Shown here: in pieces, positions 38,414 through 47,380 of the stretch
How the letters are laid out: each line of letters opens with the position of its first letter
Numbering within the stretch: position 1 is the stretch's first letter
Assembly (NCBI GenBank): GCA_041592575.1
Contig: JBFHPX010000001.1
Coordinates: forward strand, 1-55,482
Direction of reading: 5' to 3'
Source: Alcanivoracaceae bacterium
GTDB taxonomy: Bacteria; Pseudomonadota; Gammaproteobacteria; Pseudomonadales; Alcanivoracaceae
Length of the DNA: 55,482 nucleotides
Notes under the pieces: generated by a model
Told to the model about the DNA's origin: nothing
Databases searched by the model: none
Seen by the model: the letters and a program-made list of their open reading frames with translations, nothing else
Program-made: the position numbers and the translations under genes

Positions 38414-39427
38414 ATGAAACTCTCGAAAAGCATCCGTCTGAGCGGTCTGCTCATTTTGGTAAGCAGCGTTATTTCTGGCTGCACGGCGGTTTACAAGGGC
38501 ACGGGCGATGTACTGGTCAGCTTCAGTAAAGCGGAGATGGTGCCGCATCTGATGACCTATCGCGATATTGGCATGGCCTGCGCCACTGGTGAATCGCTGA
38601 CGCCGCTGCTGATGTCATTTGGTGAGGTCGGTTCGAAACCGGACAAGCTGGCGCCGTTGGTATTTGTCTCTGCTGCTACCTGTTCCGAGCAGAAGGCGCT
38701 TGATGCCGAGCTGCGCTATCTGCGCGCCATGAAGCGTGGTGATGTCACCGAAGCGCAGGACGCCCGTTCCGAGCAGAAGGCGCATGCGGAGCAGGCGGCT
38801 CGCCGTTTGTATGAGGCTTACCGTCGCACCGTCATGGTATACGGCGAGCCGATTGATGGTAGCTGTCCGCGTTTGCGCAGCGATTTTGACGAGCTGGTGT
38901 GGATGGTTGGTCTGATCGCTGGCGTCCAGTCGCTGCTCAACGATGCCACCGCCGAAACCGCTGTTGGCATTCCCCGCGATGTGGCAGCCAAGGTAGAACG
39001 CGGAGCGGCTTGTCTGGATAACGAGAAATGGTGGGGCGTACCTCAGGGCACTCGCGCTGCGGTCTGGAATATTCTGCCGATGCTTGCACCCGAGGGCGCT
39101 GATGCCTGGGCGGAACTGGAGAAATCAACCCGGCTCGGCTTCAAGAAAGGCGTTCGTCTGGCCAGCGCTCTGTACGTTATTTCCGCCTATGGCGTCGATG
39201 ACCAGGTCCAGATTCGCAAAGGTATCCGCGAGTTTGCGGCCAACAACAGCAAGCTCAACAAGGAGTACGCCCTGCTGGATGCTATCGCCGGCGAGTTGAT
39301 TCTCGGCGTGTCACATCGGATGTGGGCGGACGCCACCGGTCAGCGCACGCCGTTCCGCGGCCTTGGCACTTTCTGGGATGACGCTCCGAAAAATTCCAGC
39401 GCCATTGATATAGACGACCTGCTGTAA
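38414..39427 (+). CDS. Alpha-helical lipoprotein, TatT-like (TRAP-associated T component candidate)
   Basis: Lipobox ISGC; apparently all-helical with TPR-like spacing; sits directly before a TRAP solute-binding gene. Similarity to TatT judged by eye only. Confidence 0.5.
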   Translation: MKLSKSIRLSGLLILVSSVISGCTAVYKGTGDVLVSFSKAEMVPHLMTYRDIGMACATGESLTPLLMSFGEVGSKPDKLAPLVFVSAATCSEQKALDAELRYLRAMKRGDVTEAQDARSEQKAHAEQAARRLYEAYRRTVMVYGEPIDGSCPRLRSDFDELVWMVGLIAGVQSLLNDATAETAVGIPRDVAAKVERGAACLDNEKWWGVPQGTRAAVWNILPMLAPEGADAWAELEKSTRLGFKKGVRLASALYVISAYGVDDQVQIRKGIREFAANNSKLNKEYALLDAIAGELILGVSHRMWADATGQRTPFRGLGTFWDDAPKNSSAIDIDDLL

Positions 39428-39464
39428 CCGGCAGACAACCTCCCTCGCATTCAGGAGAACGACA

Positions 39465-40493
39465 ATGTTGACCAGAAAAATCATCGCAACAGCCGCAGCA
39501 CTTTGCGTCCCGCTTATTATCACGCTTCAGGCAGAAGCACAGGAACGCAACATTTGTGTGTTCGATATCATCGGCACAGCGGGTGATCAGTACAACATCA
39601 TGCGTGACTATGCCACCGCGGCATCCGCCCATGGCTACAAGCTCAATCTCAAGGTTTATACCGATGAGAGCATTGCAGCGGAGGACCTGAAGGCATCGCA
39701 GTGCGACGCAGCGGTGCTGACCGGAATCCGTGGCCGCCAGTTCAACAACTTCACTGGTAGTCTTGATTCCATCGGTGCGGTACCGAACTATGATGCCCTA
39801 CGTACAGTGATCCAGGTGATTTCCAGCGGCAATGACAAGATCACACCGCATCTGAAACAGGGTTCATTCGAAGTGTTGGGCGTGGGTCCGATGGGCGCAG
39901 CCTATCTTTTCGTCAAGGATAGGGCCATCAACAATGTCAATGCGTTGGCGGGAAAGTCGATTGCGGTGATGTCCTATGATGAGGCACAGGGCAAGATGGC
40001 GTCTCGGGTTGGCATGTCTCCGGTAATGTCAGATATCACTAACTTTGCAGGCCGTTTCAACAACAACAGCGTTGATATCTGCTTCGCACCGGTACTGGCC
40101 TATAGCGCGCTGGAACTTTACAAAGGTATGCAGCCAAATGGCGGCATCATCGAGTACACCCTTGGCCAGCTCACCATGCAGGTGATCGCGCGCGAAGGAA
40201 AGTTTACCCAAGAGTTCGCGGGGTGGTCCCGGAAGTACTTCGCCGATACCGTTTTTGATCAGGCCATGCGGGTCATTGATACCGCACAGAAGGAGGTTGA
40301 TTCCAAGTGGTGGATTACCGTTTCTGACGAGGACCGGGTTCGCTATGACGAGATGATGCGTGATGCACGTATTGAACTGACTAATCAGGGTATTTACAGC
40401 AAGGAGATGATGTCGCTGCTGCGTAATATCCGCTGCCGCATGGATTTGGCTCGGGCGGAATGCAGTGACAGCAGAGAGGTAGCTAATCGCTGA
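39465..40493 (+). CDS. TRAP/DctP-like periplasmic solute-binding protein (DUF6091/AdeT-like)
   Basis: Signal peptide; ICVFDIIG, YTDESIAAEDLKASQCDAA, FTGSLDSIGA, GAAYLFV, FNNNSVD, ALELYKG. Confidence 0.78.
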   Translation: MLTRKIIATAAALCVPLIITLQAEAQERNICVFDIIGTAGDQYNIMRDYATAASAHGYKLNLKVYTDESIAAEDLKASQCDAAVLTGIRGRQFNNFTGSLDSIGAVPNYDALRTVIQVISSGNDKITPHLKQGSFEVLGVGPMGAAYLFVKDRAINNVNALAGKSIAVMSYDEAQGKMASRVGMSPVMSDITNFAGRFNNNSVDICFAPVLAYSALELYKGMQPNGGIIEYTLGQLTMQVIAREGKFTQEFAGWSRKYFADTVFDQAMRVIDTAQKEVDSKWWITVSDEDRVRYDEMMRDARIELTNQGIYSKEMMSLLRNIRCRMDLARAECSDSREVANR

Positions 40494-40511
40494 GTCTGTT
40501 GTTGGACTTTT

Positions 40512-40557
40512 CCCGGCGTTACACTCCCCCCTCCCCCTCGTGACGCCGGGTTTTTTT
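40512..40557 (+). terminator. Probable intrinsic terminator between convergent genes
   Basis: CCCGGCGTTAC...GTGACGCCGGG stem followed by T7. Confidence 0.6.
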
Positions 40558-40567
40558 GCCGTAACCG

Positions 40568-41941
40568 CTACTTGCCAATGCAAAAGCTGGAGAAAATCTT
40601 CCCCAGCAAGTCATCCGCACTGAATGCTCCGGTTATTTCCTCCAGCGCCCGCTGCGCTGCACGCAGATCTTCTGCAAGTAGTTCTCCGGCGCGATGCTGG
40701 TCCAGCTGATTTTCTCCCTGCTGTAACGATACCAACGCTGCTTCCAGCGCCGTTAGGTGGCGCCGTCGCGCGGAGAATCTGCTTTCGCTACTATATTGAT
40801 ATCCGACCCTTTGCTTCAGGGTCTGACGCAGCTCTGGCAGACCTGCTCCGGTTTTTGCGGAGATTGCCAAACTATCAAACCGGCTGTTCGGCATTCTCAC
40901 GTCCGCGCAAAGGTCTACTTTATTCAGCACCAGAAGAACCGGCACTGTTAGCGCAGCCAAACGCTGGTCCTCATCAGGCAGAATATCGCTGAGCGTTTCG
41001 ATCCTGTCTCTGCATTCAGTTATATCCGTCAGTACCAGCAACAGATCCGCCTTTGCAATTTCTGCCCAGGCTCGACGAATACCTTCTTTTTCCACTTGAT
41101 CCGGCGACTCCCTGAGACCAGCGGTATCGATAACATTGATCGGCAGCCCATCAATCTGGATAGTTTCCCGCAGCACGTCACGGGTGGTGCCTGCGATATC
41201 AGTCACAATAGCGGAATCATGGCCGGATAACGCATTCAGTAGCGACGACTTGCCGGCATTCGGCCGCCCGGCAATTACCACGGTCATGCCTTCGCGTAGC
41301 AGCCTTCCTTGCTTTGCCACGGCCAATACATTTTCAATCTGATCGATCAGCAGCCGGATTTCCTTTTTGACTTTGCCGTCGTTGAGAAAATCAATTTCCT
41401 CCTCAGGAAAATCAATCGCCGCTTCAACATACATGCGCAGATGTATCAGGCTCGCTACCAGTTGATCAACTTCCCGTGAGAACTCACCTTGCAGGGAGTG
41501 CATGGCGGCGCGGGCCGCCGCCTCGCTGCCAGCATCAATCAGATCGGCAATCGCCTCTGCCTGAGTCAGATCGATACGATCATTGAGAAAGGCGCGGAGT
41601 GAAAACTCACCGGCACGCGCCTGACGAGCTCCATGACTGATGCAGGTGCGAACAATCTGATCAAGAACGACCGGGCCGCCATGGCCCTGCAACTCCACCA
41701 CGTCTTCACCCGTGAACGAGTGAGGTGCCGGGAAAAACAACGCCAAGCCTTCATCTATCTGCTCGCCGTTGTTATCGATAAAGGCGGAGAAATGGGCATG
41801 GCGGGGGGTGAGTGATAATCCTGAACGTAATACTCGGGCAGCAATACCCGACGCTGCAGGTCCGGACAAGCGAATCACGCCAATACCGCCTTTTCCGGGA
41901 GCGGTGGCAACAGCGACGATAGTGTCTTTGGTGTCGGTCAT
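40568..41941 (-). CDS. mnmE: tRNA modification GTPase MnmE (TrmE)
   Basis: [32 protein letters not shown]-terminal FSSFCIGK. Confidence 0.97.
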   Translation of the reverse strand: MTDTKDTIVAVATAPGKGGIGVIRLSGPAASGIAARVLRSGLSLTPRHAHFSAFIDNNGEQIDEGLALFFPAPHSFTGEDVVELQGHGGPVVLDQIVRTCISHGARQARAGEFSLRAFLNDRIDLTQAEAIADLIDAGSEAAARAAMHSLQGEFSREVDQLVASLIHLRMYVEAAIDFPEEEIDFLNDGKVKKEIRLLIDQIENVLAVAKQGRLLREGMTVVIAGRPNAGKSSLLNALSGHDSAIVTDIAGTTRDVLRETIQIDGLPINVIDTAGLRESPDQVEKEGIRRAWAEIAKADLLLVLTDITECRDRIETLSDILPDEDQRLAALTVPVLLVLNKVDLCADVRMPNSRFDSLAISAKTGAGLPELRQTLKQRVGYQYSSESRFSARRRHLTALEAALVSLQQGENQLDQHRAGELLAEDLRAAQRALEEITGAFSADDLLGKIFSSFCIGK

Positions 41942-42027
41942 GGTGGGAAGTGTACAGACCGGAACGGCGCGGACGAAGATATTACGTTATCCACGGCCCC
42001 TCCCCCTTGAAGGGGAGGGGCGGCAGA

Positions 42028-43749
42028 TTATTCGCTTTCGATCTTGCGGGTGATCACCCACTGCTGGGCGATGGAAAGCAGGTTATTGGTCAACCAGTAC
42101 AACACCAGGCCGGATGGCATCCACAACATAAAGACAGTGAAGATGACCGGCATCCACTTCATCACCTGAGCCTGGGTCGGATCTGCCGGTGCCGGGTTCA
42201 GCTTCATCTGAAAAAACATGGATGCGCCCATCAGCAACGGCAGGATGAACCAGGGATCCATTACCGACAGGTCATTCAGGTAGAGGAAGGTTGCCTGACG
42301 CAGTTCCACCGATTCCAGCAGGGTGTAGTACAGGGCAATAAATACCGGCATCTGGACCAGCACCGGCAAACAGCCGCCGAGCGGATTGATCTTCTGTTCC
42401 TGAAACAGCTTCATGGTTTCCATCTGCTGTTTCTGCCGGTCGCTCTTGTACTGCTCGCGGATCCGTGCCATTTCCGGCGCGACCTTGCGCATCTTTGCCA
42501 TCGACCGGTAGCTTGAGGCCGACAGCTTGAAGAACAGTGCCTTGATAACCAGCGTCAGCAGGATAATCGCCACACCCCAGTTACCTACTCCCATGCCAAT
42601 ATCAATGACATTGCCAAACAGGGTGATCTGACCGCTCTGCAGGAAAATCAGCAGGGCAAAGATCGGCTGGGCAATAAACCACAACCAGCCGTAGTCCACG
42701 GTCATGTTCAGGCCGGGACTGATCGACTCGAGCACATCTTGCTGCTTCGGCCCGGTGTACAGCTCGCTATAGAGCACGCGTTCGGTGCCCGGCAATACGC
42801 TGGCGACCGGGGAAACAAAGCGCAACAGGTATTCATCGCTGGCAGATAGCCAGGTAGCGGAATAGGTGTGCTTCTGCAGGCGGTCCGGTACCCAGGCGGT
42901 GACGAAGTAATGCTGGATCATGGCAATCCAGCCGCCGTCCTGCGCTGTTTTCATGGACTCTTCCTTGATGTCCTTGAATGGCAGCTTGTTATAAGCGGTT
43001 TCGCTGGACCAGTAGGCCGCGCCCAGATAGGTCGGCATCGGTACAAAACCGCCCGTTGCGGCACTCGGATCATCGCTGGCATCACGGCGGATCTGACCGT
43101 ACAGCGCTCCCTGCCATGGTTCAGCGCCGTTATTGCGAACCACGTGGGATACCCGTATCAGGTAGCTACCGCGTTCAAAGGTGTAGCGCTTGATCAGGCT
43201 AACGCCACCTTCCTGCTGCAGGGTCAGGTCAACATTCAGCTCGTTATCACGGTCATCCAGCCGATAGCTGCTCTGGCTGGCCTGCCAGGTTGGCCGGCCG
43301 GCGGCTGTATCGGTGCCGTTGGGACCGACCAGCCCGCTCTGCACCAGGTACTTGCGAGTTTCATTACGCTGCATCAGCAGGAATGGCTGGTCAGGGGTTT
43401 CCGCATGCAGAGGATACTGTGGCAGGGCCAGACGAATGATGTCGCCACCAAGACGGTCGATTTCCAGCTGAAACACGTCGGTGCTGACAGTAATGACCCG
43501 GTCGCTGTCGACTGCTGGCGCGGCAACCACATCCGCTGCCGCCGTCTCGACAGCAGGAGCTGCCAGTGAGGGAATTTCACTGGCATCAGGCACCGCTTCA
43601 TCGGCGGCCGGGATATCAGCAACAACCTGTTCGCTGACCGGAGTGTCAGATACGGGTTGAACCTGGACGTAATCACGCTGCCAGGCAAGGATCATCATGT
43701 AGGTGACCACGGCAATCGCGGTCAGAACGAGGGCACGCTGGATTTCCAT
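42028..43749 (-). CDS. yidC: Membrane protein insertase YidC
   Basis: VDYGWLWFIAQP, GNWGVAII, SMAKMR, INPLGGCLP, PSGLVLYW. Confidence 0.96.
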   Translation of the reverse strand: MEIQRALVLTAIAVVTYMMILAWQRDYVQVQPVSDTPVSEQVVADIPAADEAVPDASEIPSLAAPAVETAAADVVAAPAVDSDRVITVSTDVFQLEIDRLGGDIIRLALPQYPLHAETPDQPFLLMQRNETRKYLVQSGLVGPNGTDTAAGRPTWQASQSSYRLDDRDNELNVDLTLQQEGGVSLIKRYTFERGSYLIRVSHVVRNNGAEPWQGALYGQIRRDASDDPSAATGGFVPMPTYLGAAYWSSETAYNKLPFKDIKEESMKTAQDGGWIAMIQHYFVTAWVPDRLQKHTYSATWLSASDEYLLRFVSPVASVLPGTERVLYSELYTGPKQQDVLESISPGLNMTVDYGWLWFIAQPIFALLIFLQSGQITLFGNVIDIGMGVGNWGVAIILLTLVIKALFFKLSASSYRSMAKMRKVAPEMARIREQYKSDRQKQQMETMKLFQEQKINPLGGCLPVLVQMPVFIALYYTLLESVELRQATFLYLNDLSVMDPWFILPLLMGASMFFQMKLNPAPADPTQAQVMKWMPVIFTVFMLWMPSGLVLYWLTNNLLSIAQQWVITRKIESE

Positions 43750-43791
43750 AGCGGATTCAACATATCGGCGAGAAAAGCGGCCGGCAGTTTC

Positions 43792-44163
43792 TCAGTCCGT
43801 GGCACGCTTGGCAAGCAGCTTGGTCCAGACTTTACCGAGCTCCTCGGCAATCAGGCGTTTGTCAGGTCGGCGCAGGTCGGCGCGAACCAGCACAACGATA
43901 TCCAGACCGGCAAGATCGGTGCTGCGGTGGCGGAAGGTCTCCCGGATCAATCGACGCAGCAGATTACGGTCTACGGCCCGCTTCACCCGGCGCTTGCCGA
44001 TAACAATACCGAGCCGCGGAGTGGCGAGGCCGTTCGCTGCAACCAGTAACAGGAAATGCTGGCTGCTGGCACGCCACTGGGGCTGGTCAAATAGCGGTTT
44101 GAACTCGGATGGAGAAAGCAGGCGGTGCTGACGGGGAAATCGGGTCGTGCTGGATGATGTCAT
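43792..44163 (-). CDS. rnpA: Ribonuclease P protein component
   Basis: FPRQHRLL, PRLGIVIGKR, AVDRNLLRRLIRETFR, LDIVV. Confidence 0.95.
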   Translation of the reverse strand: MTSSSTTRFPRQHRLLSPSEFKPLFDQPQWRASSQHFLLLVAANGLATPRLGIVIGKRRVKRAVDRNLLRRLIRETFRHRSTDLAGLDIVVLVRADLRRPDKRLIAEELGKVWTKLLAKRATD

Positions 44164-44238
44164 AACGGCGACCGCTGGCGGGGAATCTCGGCGGTCTTTC
44201 TGCCGCCCCGTCAGGGGCGGCAGTCGCGATCGGGCGCG

Positions 44239-44373
44239 TTAGACGCAGAGGCGCTTGCGACCCTTGGCACGACGACGGTTCAGCACAGCACGGCCATTGG
44301 CAGTCGCCATGCGGGCACGGAAGCCATGGGTACGCTTGCGGCGAATATTGCTGGGTTGAAAAGTACGTTTCAT
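44239..44373 (-). CDS. rpmH: 50S ribosomal protein L34 (missed by the ORF track)
   Basis: Manual translation: [44 protein letters not shown] (44 aa). Confidence 0.98.
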   Translation of the reverse strand: MKRTFQPSNIRRKRTHGFRARMATANGRAVLNRRRAKGRKRLCV

Positions 44374-44403
44374 CGTCGGTCTCACAGATTCTGGTAATGC
44401 GAA

Positions 44404-44440
44404 GGGCGGCAATTCTAGGCAGACGTCTGAGCATTGTCAA
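44404..44440 (-). promoter_or_regulatory. sigma70 promoter of rpmH with GC-rich discriminator
   Basis: Minus strand TTGACA(44440-44435)-N17-TAGAAT(44417-44412)-TGCCGCCC. Confidence 0.85.
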
Positions 44441-44464
44441 TGCAAGGGTTTTGCGGTTTTTCAG

Positions 44465-44735
44465 GGGTACATAAGTATTAAAAGGTATTTAAATTCTTTT
44501 TTTGTTATTGCTTGTTATAAGGCAGGCGGATATCTGTGGATAATCTATATTTATCCAATAAATTCATATAGATAAGTTATTCACAACCCTGCGGATGGGG
44601 GCTGAAAAGGGGCCGGACAAAGGCCGTGGAACCGGGGATGGAATCAGCATGTTCCCCGGAAGGCGGTTTTCTCCACCCTTCACTCCCAGACCTCAGTGTA
44701 GATTACTCACAGTCTTATCCACATGTGGAAAAGCG
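44465..44735. other. oriC: Chromosomal replication origin oriC
   Basis: Lies between rpmH and dnaA. AT-rich DUE at ~44470-44520. DnaA boxes TGTGGATAA 44535-44543, TTATTCACA 44577-44585, TTATCCACA 44715-44723 and TGTGGAAAA 44724-44732, plus degenerate boxes. Confidence 0.9.
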
Positions 44736-44814
44736 GTTTTTGTTCGCTGGCCGGGGGGGTAAAACAGGGTATAGAATGCCTGCTTCTTTGGTTTTCCCGG
44801 CAAGGCTTTGAGAC

Positions 44815-46203
44815 GTGTCTGAAGAACTGTGGCATCGCTGTTTATCGCGTCTCGAGGACGAATTGCCGTCCCAGCAGTTCAATATGTGGATCCGACCGCT
44901 GCAGGTTGTAGCCGCTTCTGATGGTCGCAGCTTGACCCTGTTTGCCCCGAATCGCTTTGTTGTTGACTGGGTCCGCGACAAGTATCTGGAGCTGATCTGT
45001 GAGCTGATGGGAGATCTCGACAGCACCGGAGCGCCGAAGATTGCGCTGGAGGTGGGGTCATCGCGGTCGGTCACCGAAGTGGTGCTTGGCACCCAGGCGC
45101 CACGGGTCAGGACCGATACCGTGGCGGTGCCAGTGCAGGTCAGTCAGGAGGCGGCTACAGAGGCTCCTGCACATCAGCACCGTTCCAATCTGATTACCAG
45201 TTATACCTTCGATAATTTCGTTGAGGGCAAGTCGAACCGGATGGCTTTCGCAGCCGCCCAGCAGGCCTCAGAGAATCCCGGTACCCAGGGCTATAATCCG
45301 CTATTGTTCTATGGCGGTGTCGGTTTGGGTAAGACCCACCTTATGCATGCCGTTGGCAATGCCATCCTGCAGCGCAAGCCCAGTGCCCGAGTGGTATACC
45401 TGCACAGTGAGCGATTTGTTCAGGATATGGTCAGTGCCTTGCGTAACAAGACCATTGATCAGTTCAAGCGGTTTTACCGGTCGCTGGATGCCCTGCTGAT
45501 TGACGACATCCAGTTTTTTGCCGGTAAGGAGCAGTCCCAGGAAGAGTTTTTCCACACCTTCAATTCCCTGATTGAGAATGGTCAGCAGGTAATAATGACC
45601 TGCGACAAGTACCCGAAGGAGATTGATGGCCTGGAGGACCGCCTCAAGTCACGGTTTGGCTGGGGGCTGTCGCAACCGCTGGAACCGCCGGAGCTGGAAA
45701 CCCGGGTGGCGATTCTGAAAAAGAAGGCCGAGGAGGCGAAGATCGAGCTGCCCAGTGAAGCTGCCTTTTTTATTGCCCAGCGAATTCGCTCCAATGTTCG
45801 TGAGCTGGAAGGGGCGCTGAAACGGGTGATTGCCCATGTTCGCCTGAGCGGTGCTGTGGTTGATATCAACCTGGTCCGCGATGCCCTGAAAGATCTGCTG
45901 GCCAGTCATGCCAGACAAATCAGTATCGATAATATTCAGCGAGTGGTGGCGGAGTACTACAACATCAAGTTGAATGACATGTTGTCAGCGCGGCGCAGTC
46001 GGTCGATCAGTCGCCCTCGTCAGGTGGCCATGGCGCTGGCGAAGGAATTGACCAGCCACAGTTATCCGGAAATTGCCGATGCCTTCGGTGGCCGTGATCA
46101 CACCACGATCATGCATGGTTGCAAGAACATCGGAAAACTACGGGAATCGGATGCGGATGTGGAACGGGATTATCAGAATCTGTTGCGCACTCTCACCTCT
46201 TAA
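44815..46203 (+). CDS. dnaA: Chromosomal replication initiator DnaA
   Basis: GTG start; [38 protein letters not shown]. Confidence 0.98.
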   Translation: MSEELWHRCLSRLEDELPSQQFNMWIRPLQVVAASDGRSLTLFAPNRFVVDWVRDKYLELICELMGDLDSTGAPKIALEVGSSRSVTEVVLGTQAPRVRTDTVAVPVQVSQEAATEAPAHQHRSNLITSYTFDNFVEGKSNRMAFAAAQQASENPGTQGYNPLLFYGGVGLGKTHLMHAVGNAILQRKPSARVVYLHSERFVQDMVSALRNKTIDQFKRFYRSLDALLIDDIQFFAGKEQSQEEFFHTFNSLIENGQQVIMTCDKYPKEIDGLEDRLKSRFGWGLSQPLEPPELETRVAILKKKAEEAKIELPSEAAFFIAQRIRSNVRELEGALKRVIAHVRLSGAVVDINLVRDALKDLLASHARQISIDNIQRVVAEYYNIKLNDMLSARRSRSISRPRQVAMALAKELTSHSYPEIADAFGGRDHTTIMHGCKNIGKLRESDADVERDYQNLLRTLTS

Positions 46204-46230
46204 CAAGAAAACCGGAGACGGGAAGGGATC

Positions 46231-47331
46231 ATGAAATTCAGCATCAATCGCGAACAGTTGCTCAAGCCGCTGCAGCAGGTAGCCTCGGTGGTCGAACGCC
46301 GGCAGACCCTGCCGGTGCTGTCGAATGTCCTGCTCGAAGTCTCCGGGGACCGGTTATCCATGACTGGTACCGATCTGGAACTGGAGCTGGTTGCCGGTTT
46401 GGGAATCGGCGGTGAGATCCGCGACGGTGAAACGACCGTGCCGGCACGTAAACTGGTGGACATTTGCAAGAGCCTGCCGGCGGAAGCCGATATCCGGTTC
46501 GAGATTGATGGTGAGCGCTTACTGATCCGGTCTGGCCGTAGCCGCTTCACGCTGGCCACCCTGCCGGCAAGCGAGTTTCCGAATCTGGAAGAGAAGACCG
46601 AAGGCTCCGCCTTTACCATCGCTCCCGGTGCCCTGCGCCAGCTGATTGACCGTACCGCCTTTTCCATGGCTCAGCAGGATGTGCGTTATTACCTGAACGG
46701 CATGCTGTTTGAGCTGCGTCCTGGCCGTCTGCGTACCGTAGCCACCGATGGCCATCGTCTGGCCATGTGTGATGTCGAGTTGGAGGCGATCAAGGATCAG
46801 GCCCAGGTGATTCTGCCGCGAAAGGGTGTGATGGAGCTGGCCCGTCTGCTCGGTGATGCTGCCGGAGAGGTTGAAGTGATTGTCGGCAAAAACCATGTTC
46901 GCGTGGTGGCCGGGGATATCACCTTTACTTCGAAACTGGTGGACGGCAAGTTCCCGGAATACGATCGGGTGATTCCGAAGAAATGCGATCGCCTGGTCAA
47001 CGCTGACCGCGAGACCCTCAAGCAGGCGTTGGGGCGGGTTGCGATTCTGTCCAACGAGAAGTACCGCGGTATTCGGGTACAACTGGCGGAAGGCAGCCTG
47101 AGGATCCAGGCCAACAACCCCGAGCAGGAAGAAGCGGAAGAAGAAGTGTCGGTGGACTACACCGGCGCTGCGCTGGAGATCGGTTTTAATGTCAGTTATC
47201 TGCTCGAGGTGCTGAACGCCATGCACGGCGATGCGGTAGAGCTGCAGCTGGGTGATAGCAACAGTTCGGCGCTGGTGGCAGATCCGTCTGCGCGTCAGGC
47301 GCTGTATGTCGTTATGCCGATGCGTCTCTGA
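46231..47331 (+). CDS. dnaN: DNA polymerase III beta clamp
   Basis: VERRQTLPVL, QDVRYYLNG, VATDGHRL, GKFPEY, YVVMPMRL. Confidence 0.98.
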   Translation: MKFSINREQLLKPLQQVASVVERRQTLPVLSNVLLEVSGDRLSMTGTDLELELVAGLGIGGEIRDGETTVPARKLVDICKSLPAEADIRFEIDGERLLIRSGRSRFTLATLPASEFPNLEEKTEGSAFTIAPGALRQLIDRTAFSMAQQDVRYYLNGMLFELRPGRLRTVATDGHRLAMCDVELEAIKDQAQVILPRKGVMELARLLGDAAGEVEVIVGKNHVRVVAGDITFTSKLVDGKFPEYDRVIPKKCDRLVNADRETLKQALGRVAILSNEKYRGIRVQLAEGSLRIQANNPEQEEAEEEVSVDYTGAALEIGFNVSYLLEVLNAMHGDAVELQLGDSNSSALVADPSARQALYVVMPMRL

Positions 47332-47380
47332 TTCCTCTTCTGCGGGCGGACCGCCTGGGTCCGCCCCTGCCCTCCTCCTG

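Noticed and set aside
41987-42021. TTATCCACG (one-mismatch DnaA box) and a GC hairpin between yidC and mnmE
   Set aside because: A single imperfect box could be chance, and the hairpin has no U tract, so it was not called a terminator.
44200-44223. 10-bp perfect hairpin between rpmH and rnpA
   Set aside because: It has no U tract in the sense direction; probably an ordinary mRNA stability or processing element.
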